The translations under genes and the position numbers were made by a program. This document shows, piece after piece, positions 8,120 through 18,900 of a stretch of DNA of 27,261 bases. Every line of letters begins with the position of its first letter. Positions within the stretch are counted from its first letter, which is position 1. Under the pieces are notes generated by a model that was not told the DNA's origin, searched no databases, and worked only from the letters and a program-made list of their open reading frames with translations. Source of the DNA: a virus (Duplodnaviria > Caudoviricetes); the IMG/VR virus record IMGVR_UViG_3300030376_005837, positions 1 to 27,261 of that record, one strand, 5' to 3'.

Positions 8120-8916
8120 TGGCTAGTTTTACAGATAAAAAATTAAGTGAAGTTTATAAAGATATACTTCATACTGATAACTCCAATAGTGGTATCTCTT
8201 CTACTATAAAACAAATTAAATGTGGAGATGGAGATACAAGTGCATTATATTTATCTGATAGAAACTTAAAAGCACAACCATCAACTGACTCAACTACTAA
8301 TAGTGTTATATGTGATGCTGATGGAAATGCATTATTAACTGTAGATTCTACAAATGATTTAGTTAAAGCAGGAATAGGGCAACATACTGTGAATACACAA
8401 TATGCTTACTTTGGTGTATCTTCAGGTATTGGGGCTAACTTTGCAACAGGTAGGCATCATGTTCTTTCCTTTGGAGGGAACACCCAAACTGATGCTTTAG
8501 CAGATAATTTCCAGCTAGGCACAGGAACTGATCCAGATACATCATTTACAACAGCAGATGGAAGTGCAACAGATGCTTCTTTGATAGTTCCTTGTATGTG
8601 GTTAGTTCCTGATAATGTAACTATTGATGCAGTATACTCTTTAGAAGGTGGTGATAATGCAACAGGTGCTACAACTCGTATGCATCTTATGTCTTACACA
8701 TTTAATTCAGGCTCTACATCAGCTTTAGCAGATGGGACATTGTTAGCACATAATTCAGATGTGACTAATGCAGGTAGTGAACAAGCCTATAAAAGCACAT
8801 GGACAGTAGATAGTGCTGATGTAGCAGGTAATAAAGTAATTTTAGCAACATTTTTAACAACAGATGTGACAGGTGACTACTCTGTATCTGTTATGGTTAA
8901 ATATCATTTAAGGTAA
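8119..8916 (+). CDS. Putative virion fibre/structural protein
   Basis: S/T/G/D-rich beta composition, late-operon position. Confidence 0.55.
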   Translation: MASFTDKKLSEVYKDILHTDNSNSGISSTIKQIKCGDGDTSALYLSDRNLKAQPSTDSTTNSVICDADGNALLTVDSTNDLVKAGIGQHTVNTQYAYFGVSSGIGANFATGRHHVLSFGGNTQTDALADNFQLGTGTDPDTSFTTADGSATDASLIVPCMWLVPDNVTIDAVYSLEGGDNATGATTRMHLMSYTFNSGSTSALADGTLLAHNSDVTNAGSEQAYKSTWTVDSADVAGNKVILATFLTTDVTGDYSVSVMVKYHLR

Positions 8917-8931
8917 AAAGGAGAAAGTTTT

Positions 8932-10491
8932 ATGGCAGACTACAGCAATCCAGCAGGAATAAATACAAACCTACCTGTTGAAAGTGCAAATAACAATAAT
9001 TTGACTACTAGAAATGGTGGGGCATCAGAAATGATTGACCAAACACTTAAGATAGGTAGCACAGTAACATCTGTTTATTCATCTAGCATAACAGCAGCTA
9101 AAGGAGTCTTGGTTTCTCCTGAGTCTATTGAAATTTCTAATACAGGAGGATCAGGAGCTCAAGTTTTAATGAAACTTAGCTATTGGACAGATGGTAATAC
9201 AAAAGGAACATCTCAGTATTTACAGTTTTTAATAGGAGAAGGTGAAACTGTTAATTTTCCTATGTCTAGGGTTATAATATCTCAAGATGCAGATACTATG
9301 TATAATGGAACTGAATTAGCTCAAGCAGCACCTAATTCTAATATGTATATAGATTCAACAGTAGATTCTAATGATGGAACAGGAGATGATATAACAGGCT
9401 CTGCATCAGTTACAAATTTAATATTAGAATCTGACAATGATACAAACTTTTTTCATGTTGGTGACTTAATACGAGTCAATAATGAAATTATGGAAGTTAC
9501 TGCTGTAGGAGATGATTCTGATGCTGCTAATACTAATTTAACTGTTATTAGAGGAACACATGGTTCTACTGCTGCTTCAGACCATGCAGATGATGCTGCA
9601 ATAAGGTTTCCTTTCTTTAATGCTTACCATAATTTTACTGCTGCGACAGGTGGTTACGATGTTCCTCAGACAGATAATGATGGTAAATTTAAAGCAATGA
9701 ACTTCTTTGGGTATGGGAGAGCTAATACACTTCATAGTTCAGGGATATTACCAGGTTCTGTTTCTTTTAAATTTTACAATGCAGGTTATCAAGAATTAGG
9801 TCTTTCAGGTATAACACCTGGAACTAACACAGGTCTTACAGCAGGCACTACATATCAATTTGATATAAATGTAGATGGAGCAGGAGATTTTGATGTGCAA
9901 TTCACAGTAGATGCTAATAATACTAATTGGGGTGGTCGTAATGGTGTTTTAAGCAAAATACAACAAGTATTTAATGATGCTTATTATGCATCAGGTAATT
10001 TATTTGAAAAGAAAGTAACTGTGGGGATAGTTAATGGAGATGTAAGGTTTACTTCAGGGCAATGCCTTTCTTCATCTTCTATAGCCCTAACTGATTCTTC
10101 AGGAGCAAGTACAGATGTTTGGGGAGTTGGAAGATTTCCTACTGTAGCAAAATTAGCAACAGCAGTAGCTGCTAAACTTCCTGATGATTCAGTTTCTACT
10201 GCTCAAACTGGCGAATCAATGGTCAATCAAAGTGTGTTTATGTTTGATGATGGTAAAGGAAGATTGGTAGGTATGGGTACAGGGACTATAGATTATGAAA
10301 CAGGAGCTGTTGATTTTACATCAAAGCCTAATGCAGAATTTGTAATTTCAGCTAGATATGCTAGTGTAATGACAGGAAAAATTACTACAAGATCTTCTAA
10401 TACAATAGATGATATATCAGTTCGTAGCCTTAGTAATAAATTAGATACAATGGTAAATATTAAAGTTAAAGGTTATCCTTTAGTTAAATAG
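8932..10491 (+). CDS. Multi-domain virion structural protein
   Basis: 519 aa, G/T/S/D/N-rich; GDLIRVNNEIMEV...RGTHGSTAASDH module and GTIDYETGAV motif typical of virion proteins. Confidence 0.65.
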   Translation: MADYSNPAGINTNLPVESANNNNLTTRNGGASEMIDQTLKIGSTVTSVYSSSITAAKGVLVSPESIEISNTGGSGAQVLMKLSYWTDGNTKGTSQYLQFLIGEGETVNFPMSRVIISQDADTMYNGTELAQAAPNSNMYIDSTVDSNDGTGDDITGSASVTNLILESDNDTNFFHVGDLIRVNNEIMEVTAVGDDSDAANTNLTVIRGTHGSTAASDHADDAAIRFPFFNAYHNFTAATGGYDVPQTDNDGKFKAMNFFGYGRANTLHSSGILPGSVSFKFYNAGYQELGLSGITPGTNTGLTAGTTYQFDINVDGAGDFDVQFTVDANNTNWGGRNGVLSKIQQVFNDAYYASGNLFEKKVTVGIVNGDVRFTSGQCLSSSSIALTDSSGASTDVWGVGRFPTVAKLATAVAAKLPDDSVSTAQTGESMVNQSVFMFDDGKGRLVGMGTGTIDYETGAVDFTSKPNAEFVISARYASVMTGKITTRSSNTIDDISVRSLSNKLDTMVNIKVKGYPLVK

Positions 10492-10499
10492 GAGGAAGA

Positions 10500-11495
10500 A
10501 TGGCAACAGCACCAACATACTGTACACACAGACAATTAAAGGATGTATTTCCTCAATTAGACTCATTTGACAATAAAAGAGCATTGTATGGATGGAAAGA
10601 AGTAACAACGAATAAATATGCTGCACATAATAGTGGATTAACAACTCAATTATTTGCTGATGGCGAAGACTTAGGTTCAGCTCAATCTGCACATACTGAC
10701 TTAAATGTTGAGGGAGAATGGTTTTATAATAGTGCTGAAGATATAACTTATTATTATTCAGCAAACTCTCCAAATGATAAGCTTATGGAATCTGGAGAAG
10801 AATTTTCTGCTTTAATCACAAGAATTACAGCTAATGCTAGTAGATATTTAGATGCTAAGTTAGATCCTAACTTACCTAAAGAGCAATTAAAAGATAAAGA
10901 AGGTAATTACGATTATATAATAGTAAGAACAACTGCATTATTAGCAGCAACCTTTCTTATTAGAAGCCATGACCCAACTTCAGAAGTTGCAACAGCAATG
11001 ATGGAAGATGCAATGGGTAATATAGATGCTTTAAACAAAGGAGGAGCAGCACTATCATGGCAAACAACTGGGGACTCATCAAAAGGAATTATAAGAGATG
11101 TCTATTATACATCAGGAAAAATAAGACCAGTAGATACAAGAGGCAGATGGTCAGGTTCTTGGGACTTAATAAAGATTAAAGTTATAGATTCGGGTGTTTT
11201 TGGAACTGCTACTTATTCTGTTTGGGTTAAAGATGGAGATAGTTTAAAAAGCAGACAAGTTATAACTGCTGAAAAGATTACAGGAGATTATCAACATATT
11301 GCCAATGGCTTACAAATAAGATTTGGTGGAGCTAATGCTACTGCTTCTACAGGTGTGTCTGCAACAGAGGCTGCTACTGATGATGAATGGGAAATCGAAG
11401 TAGCAGGATGGCAAGAAGAAGTAGATAATTCTGCTATAAATTCAGTTAAAATGACACGAGGTGGTATTAGAACCACTAGATTTGGAAAATATTAA
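10500..11495 (+). CDS. Putative head-tail adaptor with extra domains
   Basis: N-terminal YCT-x3-L and ITANASRYLDAKL...IVRTTALLAA helices resemble SPP1 gp15/Mu gp36-type adaptors; position before tail genes. Confidence 0.55.
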   Translation: MATAPTYCTHRQLKDVFPQLDSFDNKRALYGWKEVTTNKYAAHNSGLTTQLFADGEDLGSAQSAHTDLNVEGEWFYNSAEDITYYYSANSPNDKLMESGEEFSALITRITANASRYLDAKLDPNLPKEQLKDKEGNYDYIIVRTTALLAATFLIRSHDPTSEVATAMMEDAMGNIDALNKGGAALSWQTTGDSSKGIIRDVYYTSGKIRPVDTRGRWSGSWDLIKIKVIDSGVFGTATYSVWVKDGDSLKSRQVITAEKITGDYQHIANGLQIRFGGANATASTGVSATEAATDDEWEIEVAGWQEEVDNSAINSVKMTRGGIRTTRFGKY

Positions 11496-11497
11496 GA

Positions 11498-11950
11498 ATG
11501 GCAGTAAATTTCACAAACAATTGGAAGAATATTTTAGACAAGTTAGAGTCTGTTCTGGAAACAGAATTTAAAGGTGCTCTACCTGTCTATAAAGGAAATA
11601 CTGTACCTAAAGGTGTAAATCAAGCATTACAGCTTATACCTACAGGAAGTGTTTTAAACGAGTATAATGCAACCTCTGAAACAAGAGAATTTTCTATTAC
11701 AATAAGATTTATATTTGCAGAGGTTAATGTTAAAGAAACTGCATTAGATCATATACTTAGGTATGTTTCTCGTATAGAAGCATTAATACACGATAATGTG
11801 GCTATGACTTTAGATAAAGGCTCAGATGCAGATAATAGTAATGCTTTTAATTGCAGATTTGAAAGTACAGATTTAAATACTGATGAAGAATCAGGTATTT
11901 ATATAACAGAATGGGCATGGAAGTGCCAACATTTAGGAAATATAGGCTAG
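11498..11950 (+). CDS. Putative tail completion/terminator protein
   Basis: 150-aa alpha/beta pattern, located just before the tail tube. Confidence 0.55.
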   Translation: MAVNFTNNWKNILDKLESVLETEFKGALPVYKGNTVPKGVNQALQLIPTGSVLNEYNATSETREFSITIRFIFAEVNVKETALDHILRYVSRIEALIHDNVAMTLDKGSDADNSNAFNCRFESTDLNTDEESGIYITEWAWKCQHLGNIG

Positions 11951-11957
11951 GAGGCTT

Positions 11958-12146
11958 ATGAAAATAAAACTTAAAAAAGGAGTGGTATTGCCAAATAATT
12001 GGAAAAGCTGTGGTTGCTCTGCCGAAGATTGGGCAGACCTAAATAATGGCAAGTCAATTGAAGTCAATTCTGTTCCAGATCTAATAAAAAACAATGTAGA
12101 TGTTGCTGAGTCAGCATCAAAAAATAAAAGTAAGGGGAATAAATAA
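11958..12146 (+). CDS. Small hypothetical protein
   Basis: AGGAGG RBS, TAATG coupling to the tube gene. Confidence 0.7.
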   Translation: MKIKLKKGVVLPNNWKSCGCSAEDWADLNNGKSIEVNSVPDLIKNNVDVAESASKNKSKGNK

Positions 12147-13147
12147 TGGCAACAGTAGCACATGCATTTTCTCCTAAAGAGTTTAAATGCTTCATCATAT
12201 CTGATGCAACTAATGCAGGAACATCAGGTATACATTCATCAAATATGCTTCAATTAGATGTTGATTCAGTTTCTTATCCATCTCTTAATGTTACACAAGC
12301 ATTAGATGTTAGAAGTGGTGTTGGAGCTACTCTTAAGGATGAAGATTTTTTTCAAGATAACAAAATGAGAGTAGTTGAGTTAGGGCTATCAGGAACATTA
12401 CACGATGATGTAGGACATAGATTATTATTAGCTAATATTTGTGGAGCAGCTCAAGCAGATGATACAAACCAAACAATTGCAAGTGGGCACAAAGTAATAT
12501 CACAGAAATATGGAGCAGCAGTAACAAATAATGCTTCTTCATTAACTGTTGTTATTCAACCATCAGATGTTTCTAATCAAACAGGTTTAGAATTTCCAGG
12601 GATGGTTGTAACTAATCTTACAATATCAGCAGATGCAGGTACTGAAGGTGGTAGATATAAGTTTTCTGCTACACTTCAATCAGGAAAAGTGCCTGACTTA
12701 GCTTCTACTGCTTCTGCTGGAAGCACTGTTTATGCAAATACTACAACTTCATTTTTGTCATCAGCAAGTGGAATTAAAGTTTACAATACTGATGCAGTAT
12801 TAAATAGCTTTACTACTACAATTGATTATCCTGCTGTATTTACAGGGATCACATCTACAGGATACGAAGTAGTAAGTAGAGGGGCTGAATGCTCAGTAAC
12901 TCACGATTGTCAAGTTAAGTATGATGGAAATACTAAAGGTCTAGTAAATTCATTTGATACACAGACTGCTGCAATGGCAGAAAACTCATTTATTATTGTA
13001 AATAATGGTAAATTTGGGGTAGATACAGCAAATGCTGTACTGACTAATGTAGCATATTCAGAAGGCGATGTAATGATGCTTGATGTTTCATTAAAAGCTG
13101 TTGATGATGGCACAGATGAGTTACTTATAATTGATATAAGTGATTAA
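12146..13147 (+). CDS. Major tail (tube) protein
   Basis: 333 aa, S/T/A/G-rich, FPGMVVTNLTIS tube-like strand, precedes the chaperone pair and tape measure. Confidence 0.75.
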   Translation: MATVAHAFSPKEFKCFIISDATNAGTSGIHSSNMLQLDVDSVSYPSLNVTQALDVRSGVGATLKDEDFFQDNKMRVVELGLSGTLHDDVGHRLLLANICGAAQADDTNQTIASGHKVISQKYGAAVTNNASSLTVVIQPSDVSNQTGLEFPGMVVTNLTISADAGTEGGRYKFSATLQSGKVPDLASTASAGSTVYANTTTSFLSSASGIKVYNTDAVLNSFTTTIDYPAVFTGITSTGYEVVSRGAECSVTHDCQVKYDGNTKGLVNSFDTQTAAMAENSFIIVNNGKFGVDTANAVLTNVAYSEGDVMMLDVSLKAVDDGTDELLIIDISD

Positions 13148-13170
13148 TGATTAAATAAAGGGGGAGCAGT

Positions 13171-13446
13171 ATGAAAATCAAACTCAAGTCAGGTAAAGAG
13201 GTTGTTTTAAATGACCTTACAGTAGATGAAAGAGATGAGTTATTAGATTCTGTTGATTATAATACCACAGATGATGGTGTTAAAATAAAGATGGTACACT
13301 CTACAATGACAAAGTTTATTAGGATGGGTGTTAAAGGTTCTGATGATAAATTTATAAAATCATTAACTTTTGCTGATAAAAGCGAAATCTTTCAACTTAT
13401 ACAAGGAGATCTACTTAACCTGGGGGAAGAAGAAGCCTCAGACTAG
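13171..13446 (+). CDS. Tail assembly chaperone (lambda gpG analogue)
   Basis: Between tube and tape measure; ends with slippery G GGG GAA. Confidence 0.75.
   Translation: MKIKLKSGKEVVLNDLTVDERDELLDSVDYNTTDDGVKIKMVHSTMTKFIRMGVKGSDDKFIKSLTFADKSEIFQLIQGDLLNLGEEEASD
13422..13428 (+). other. Programmed -1 ribosomal frameshift site GGGGGAA
   Basis: CTG GGG GAA near the end of the chaperone; the -1 frame opens just upstream and runs without a stop into the 13458..13892 ORF. Confidence 0.8.
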
Positions 13447-13457
13447 CTTTAAATGTT

Positions 13458-13892
13458 ATGTTTGAGGCTTGCCAAGGATGTCAATACGAAGAATATCCTT
13501 ACGAAGCTCAGATACCTGTATTGGTTAATGGAAGCCGACCAGTTTGGAAATTTGAAAGTGATGAAGATGTCTGGAAGGTTATAGATTTAATAATAGAGGA
13601 AATAAATGAGTCTAATTCTAAAGGCAATGAGTTTGATATTGTACCATCAATACAAGCACAATTGCCTTTTTTTACATGCAGTAATGCAGTACACAGTAAA
13701 AAGGATCAAAAAGATATACAAAGGTATTTGTATTGTGAAAAGTTTAATGTCCCTGCATATAAGGGTGATTATGGCGAACAGCCATGTTTATGGGTAGATA
13801 AAGCATTTGTTATAAGAAATGCATTTGCAAAGTTAGAGAAAAAACAAATTAATAAGGCAAAACAAGATGGCACAAAAACAACTAATAATTGA
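13458..13892 (+). CDS. Tail assembly chaperone frameshift extension (gpT analogue)
   Basis: In the -1 frame relative to the upstream chaperone, no RBS of its own, overlaps the tape measure start. Confidence 0.7.
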   Translation: MFEACQGCQYEEYPYEAQIPVLVNGSRPVWKFESDEDVWKVIDLIIEEINESNSKGNEFDIVPSIQAQLPFFTCSNAVHSKKDQKDIQRYLYCEKFNVPAYKGDYGEQPCLWVDKAFVIRNAFAKLEKKQINKAKQDGTKTTNN

Positions 13893-15996
13893 GTTTAAAC
13901 CTAAAGGCGATAAAGCCCTAGTTAATGCTATAAAACAATTAGATATAGCAACCAAACAGTTGCAAAATTCTACAGCTAATTTCAGAAATAAGACTGATCA
14001 ACTTGAACAATCTCAAAAAAAATTACATAAAGCACAAAAAAAAGTAAACAAACAAGGTCTTTTAGGAGTAAAGAACAATAGACTTTTGAGTGGTTCTTTA
14101 GCAACACTTCGTTCTAGGTTGCTTATAGTTTCTTTTGGTCTAGGTTTAGTTTCAGTAGGATTTAAAAAGCTATTTGATGCTTCTATAAAACAAGAAAAAG
14201 CTGAGAAAAAACTTTCAACAGCATTAGGTAAAACAAGCACACAGTTATTAAATTATGCTTCTGCTCTTCAAAAAACTACTACTTTTGGAGATGAAGCTAT
14301 TATAGAAGTTCAAGCTCTTATAGGTGCTTTTACTCAAGATGAAGAGCAAATAAAAACATTAACTGCTGCTACTTTAGATTTAGCAGAAGCTAAAGGAATG
14401 GATTTATCTTCAGCAGCAGATTTAGTAGGAAAATCATTTGGTTCTTCTACAAATTCTCTTTCAAGATATGGAGTAAAGGTCAATGGTGTTGTAGGCTCTT
14501 CTCAAAGACTTGAATCTTTAACTACAAATATTGCTGAGTTATTTGGAGGTCAAGCAGCAGCAGCAGCAGACACTCTAGGTGGTTCAGTACAGCAAATGAC
14601 AAATGCTATGGGAGATGCAAATGAAGCTGTTGGTAAGGCATTTGCTCCTGTAATAAAAAAACTTTCAGGGTTTTTAACAGAAGCAGCAGGTTCAGCTAGA
14701 GAGTTTTTCTTAGAATTTGCTGAAACTGATTTTGAAAAAACTGTTAGACAAATAGAAGAAGCAGGAGGAAATGCAGATGACTTAAAGTTATCTTATGCAG
14801 AAATGGCAAAAATAGACATGGAAGATCAATTTAAATCAATGCCTGATGATTTAAATTCTTCTAAAGAAGTTTTACAAAAAATGGGTGATATTGACAAAGA
14901 TAGAGTAAAAATATTAAGAAATAGAGCTGCTATTGAACAAGATATGGCTAAAGAAGGCATTTCAAGAGCACAAGTCGAAACTTTCTCTTCAGATGTTATG
15001 GAAAAAAATATTACTAATCTTAAAACATATAGAGATGAATTAGAAAGAAGGCATGCTCAGGAAACTATGTTTGCTAGTGAATTTGCACAGCAAACAGAAT
15101 CTGAAAATGTAAAAGATGTAAAAGCTAGAATTGCACAGATGGAACATTTTCAAAAAGTAGCTAAAGAATTTAAGAAAAGGTTAGATGACGAGGATGCATC
15201 TTTGGCTAATAAAGATAAAGACAAAGAAAAAAATAAAGAAATGTTGAAGTTTTTAGTGGAGTATGAAAAACAATTAGCTTTAATAGTTAGTCTTACAGAG
15301 GGTGATGATGATGAAGAAGGTGGATTTTTCTCAAGAATATTTGGCAAATTTTCAAAACAAGAGGAAATGGAGAATTTATTAACTAATGTTGATAAAGTAG
15401 TTAATGCTATAGCCAATGTAGGCAATGCTTATGATAAAGTTAAAATGCAACAAATCAATCAAGCTAAACAAGCAGAGCTTGATACTGTTAAAGGCATAAG
15501 AAATGAAAGAATAAGAACTAAAAAAATAGAAGAAATTGAAGCTAAATATGCTGAAAAAACAAGAAAGCATAAAGAAAAAATGAAAGATGTTAAGGTTATG
15601 GAAGCTATATCTAATACTGCATTAGGAGCAACTAAAGCATGGTCTGACCCTGGTGGCTTTTTAGGAATGGCTTTATCTGCATTAATTGTTGCTCAAGGTG
15701 CAATGCAAATCAAAGCAATTAAAGCACAGAAATACCAATATGGTGGTATGGTTGGTGGCAATAGACATTCTCAAGGTGGAACTATGATTGAGGCAGAACA
15801 AGGCGAGTTTGTTATGAGTAGAGATGCTGTTGAAGCTGTAGGTATAGAAAACTTAAATAGAATGAATACTGGTTTAGGTGGTGGAGGTGGAGCTAGTATT
15901 ATTATAAATAATCCTATATTAGGTAAAGATACTATAGAAGATGAGATAGTTCCACAAATAAAAGAAGCACTTAGAAGAGGAGGTTCTATTGCTTAA
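13867..15996 (+). CDS. Tail tape measure protein
   Basis: 709 aa helical, A/K/E/Q-rich; ASALQKTTTFGDE repeat region; C-terminal GGMVGG...EAEQGEFVMSRDAV motif. Confidence 0.92.
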   Translation: MAQKQLIIEFKPKGDKALVNAIKQLDIATKQLQNSTANFRNKTDQLEQSQKKLHKAQKKVNKQGLLGVKNNRLLSGSLATLRSRLLIVSFGLGLVSVGFKKLFDASIKQEKAEKKLSTALGKTSTQLLNYASALQKTTTFGDEAIIEVQALIGAFTQDEEQIKTLTAATLDLAEAKGMDLSSAADLVGKSFGSSTNSLSRYGVKVNGVVGSSQRLESLTTNIAELFGGQAAAAADTLGGSVQQMTNAMGDANEAVGKAFAPVIKKLSGFLTEAAGSAREFFLEFAETDFEKTVRQIEEAGGNADDLKLSYAEMAKIDMEDQFKSMPDDLNSSKEVLQKMGDIDKDRVKILRNRAAIEQDMAKEGISRAQVETFSSDVMEKNITNLKTYRDELERRHAQETMFASEFAQQTESENVKDVKARIAQMEHFQKVAKEFKKRLDDEDASLANKDKDKEKNKEMLKFLVEYEKQLALIVSLTEGDDDEEGGFFSRIFGKFSKQEEMENLLTNVDKVVNAIANVGNAYDKVKMQQINQAKQAELDTVKGIRNERIRTKKIEEIEAKYAEKTRKHKEKMKDVKVMEAISNTALGATKAWSDPGGFLGMALSALIVAQGAMQIKAIKAQKYQYGGMVGGNRHSQGGTMIEAEQGEFVMSRDAVEAVGIENLNRMNTGLGGGGGASIIINNPILGKDTIEDEIVPQIKEALRRGGSIA

Positions 15997-18900
15997 TTTA
16001 GACTTTTTTCCTGAATTTAAATCAGATATACAAGGTAATGCTACTAGCATACATCCTATTGTTAAGATAAACACAAATCCCCCTATTTATTTATCTCAAA
16101 ATGCAGAAGTATTAGAGGATAATGGAGAAATTGTAAACTTTCAAACATTAAATCTTAAAATACCTTCTATTAAAGAATCTATTGATATAGAAAACAGAAA
16201 CTTTAAAATAAATAATGTGACTCTCACATTGTCAAATACAGATTACTTTACAAATGATGGGAATAGAATTTTGTTTAGTGATTTATTTAATGAAATAAAC
16301 TTTTTAAACACCGATGTTCAAATATATTGGAAATCTCAATCTTGTACAACTCTTGTGCAATGTTTACCTATATATAGAGCTATTATTAAGAGAGTTTCTC
16401 ATGATTACGACAATATTAAAATTATATTAGAAGATCTTACAGAATCTGTTATGCACAAAAAAGTACCTATTGGAGTGTTAAACTCTGAAAATGCATACAG
16501 AGAAGAAGACATAAACAAAACAATACCTATGGTATTTGGTGAGATTGAAAAAGCACCTTGTGTTTTATACAAAGACATAAGTTTAGATACTTCTAATCTT
16601 AAAAGAATATATACTTTAGTTGATAGGTTTGAAGTTCCTGTTAAAAAAGGAGTTGCTAACATAGAAGATGTTTACAATCAAAATCAAACTATCGCTACAG
16701 GGTGGACTGAGTTACTATATGTTTATTCAGGCTCTTATTTAAAAGTTATGAAAGACTTAGCTCAAAGTTCTAATTTAGATGAAGGTGTTGATTTTTCTGC
16801 TCCTTCTTCTCCTGGAGTACAAGTAAGCACTTCAGCAGGTTCTGAACAGTCTTTAACATGGCTTAGAGCTACATATGATGGTTTAGTACCTACAAACACA
16901 ATATCTATGGGGATAATGCAAGTTGTTTATAATAATAAACCAACATCTTTAAGTTTAGGAAATGTTGGAGCATCAGGGATACATTTTTCAGGAGCAAATG
17001 AGTCTAATTATGCTAATACAGGTATAAACTGGCAATATGAAGATGAAGGTTTTTCTATAACAAACCCTGAATATGGAATAGATGGTAATTCTAGCACATA
17101 TGCTAATTTTCCACCATACGACATTTCTAATTTAACCGAACTTGCAACTACTGATGATGGTTTTTTTATTATGAATCATTTTTACAATGGCACTTACACT
17201 AGCAACACCTTCAACAATTCTGAAACTTTTTCACTCAATGCAATGGAAGGCGATTGGAATGAAACAAGTCCTGAAATATCTGATAATGAAAAATATTGGC
17301 ATTGGCACAGAAATGCAAATAGATTACTAGGCCTTGATTTAGCTAATAAGGTTGAATTTATATGTATGCCTGATGCTAAAAAACTATATGATTTATTTAG
17401 AATATGGTATGAAAACGAAACTGATAACTCAAGACCATTAAAACCTTGGAGTAGTTGGTCAAAAATAACAGATTATGAAGTTAATACTTCAAATAGTAGT
17501 TCATTTCATAAAAAGGGCAATATATTAAATCATTTTTGGGGAACACCTACAGATTTTTACCAAAGACCTTATTTTCAAGGAAGCACTTTTTTAGTTAATA
17601 ATGATAGATTGCAAATGACAGATTTTGAAGACGACCAATATGAATCAGATAATTATAACCAAGCCCATATACCAAATTATTTATATGGATTTTCAAGAGA
17701 TTTTTCAGTTAATGAAAATCTCCATGCATGGCTAACTTTTTCTAAAGATTTTAATGGTGACACTATCAATGGTTATGATTTAAATGGGCTTCCTGATGCT
17801 AATCCTATTAATATAGATTTTTGGGAGTTAATGGAATATCATGGTTTTACATATGATGATTTTCCAAGGTATAGAATTACAGGATTAATTAACAGGCATG
17901 AATTTTTTAATAGCACTCCATACGATATATCTCATTTTAAAGATGATTTGCAAGTAGAATGGAATGGAATTGATTCTAATTTTTGGCAAAACACAGGTGA
18001 AGTGTCAGGAATGAATCAACCTTGGGATGCTTACAATGGTGGTGGTAGTATGGGGTTTGTAGCAGGAGGTTATTATTCTTGGTATCTTACAGGAAATAAT
18101 GATGGAGGGGTAAAAAGAGAAGCACAAGGATGGCATAATTATTTTTGTGATAGTGGATGGCATATGCACTTCACAGATAGTTACCAATTTGAAGATTCAG
18201 GTGTTACAGCTCCTAAAGGTTTAATGATGCCAGGAGCAATGGGTATGCCAATTTTAAAAGAGATTAACAGTTATAATGGTCTAAGACCTTACATGACACA
18301 AGAAGGCTATAGTAATGGAGCAGGAATGAGAGTTGTTTCAAAAAATAAAACTCCAGGTACAGTTATGAGTGAGGCAGGAAGTAATTATTTTAATATGAAT
18401 ATAGCTGCAAATACATTAACTACATTTGGTCTTTTAACTACCTTAAGTTCTGAAGTAGATGATGCTATAGAAGGTTCAGGATTTAGTTATTTAGATGCAG
18501 AAATTTATTTTGAAAAAGATAACAACATACCTATTGCAGACAATCTTGGAAACAACTCTGTTAAATTAATTCATTTTGGAGTAGACCTTCCTGAAGCAGG
18601 TTCAGATGGAAGTACAGAGATTATTGATTTAGGAAATTTAAGTACAGCATCTTTAAGCACTATAGATGGCATTGATGGATTATACCCTATTTATAATACT
18701 AACGAACCATCAGGCACTCAGAATTGGGATGATCAATTAAATATTGATTTAGAGTGGGATATTCCTAGTAGATTTAATGCTACAATGATTGGTTTTATTT
18801 TTAATTATACAGATAGAGAAGATAGTGTAAACTTTAGAATAGAAGCTAGTAGAATGAGTATGAAACATGTTTTTGAAATAGATAATATATTTGATAAAAA

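Noticed and set aside
8932-10491. Contractile tail sheath (GTIDYETG motif)
   Set aside because: No recognisable sheath C-terminal domain, not adjacent to the tube, and no baseplate wedge genes seen
10480-18187. Short minus-strand and alternative-frame ORFs inside structural genes
   Set aside because: No RBS or motif support; expected by chance opposite A-rich coding strands
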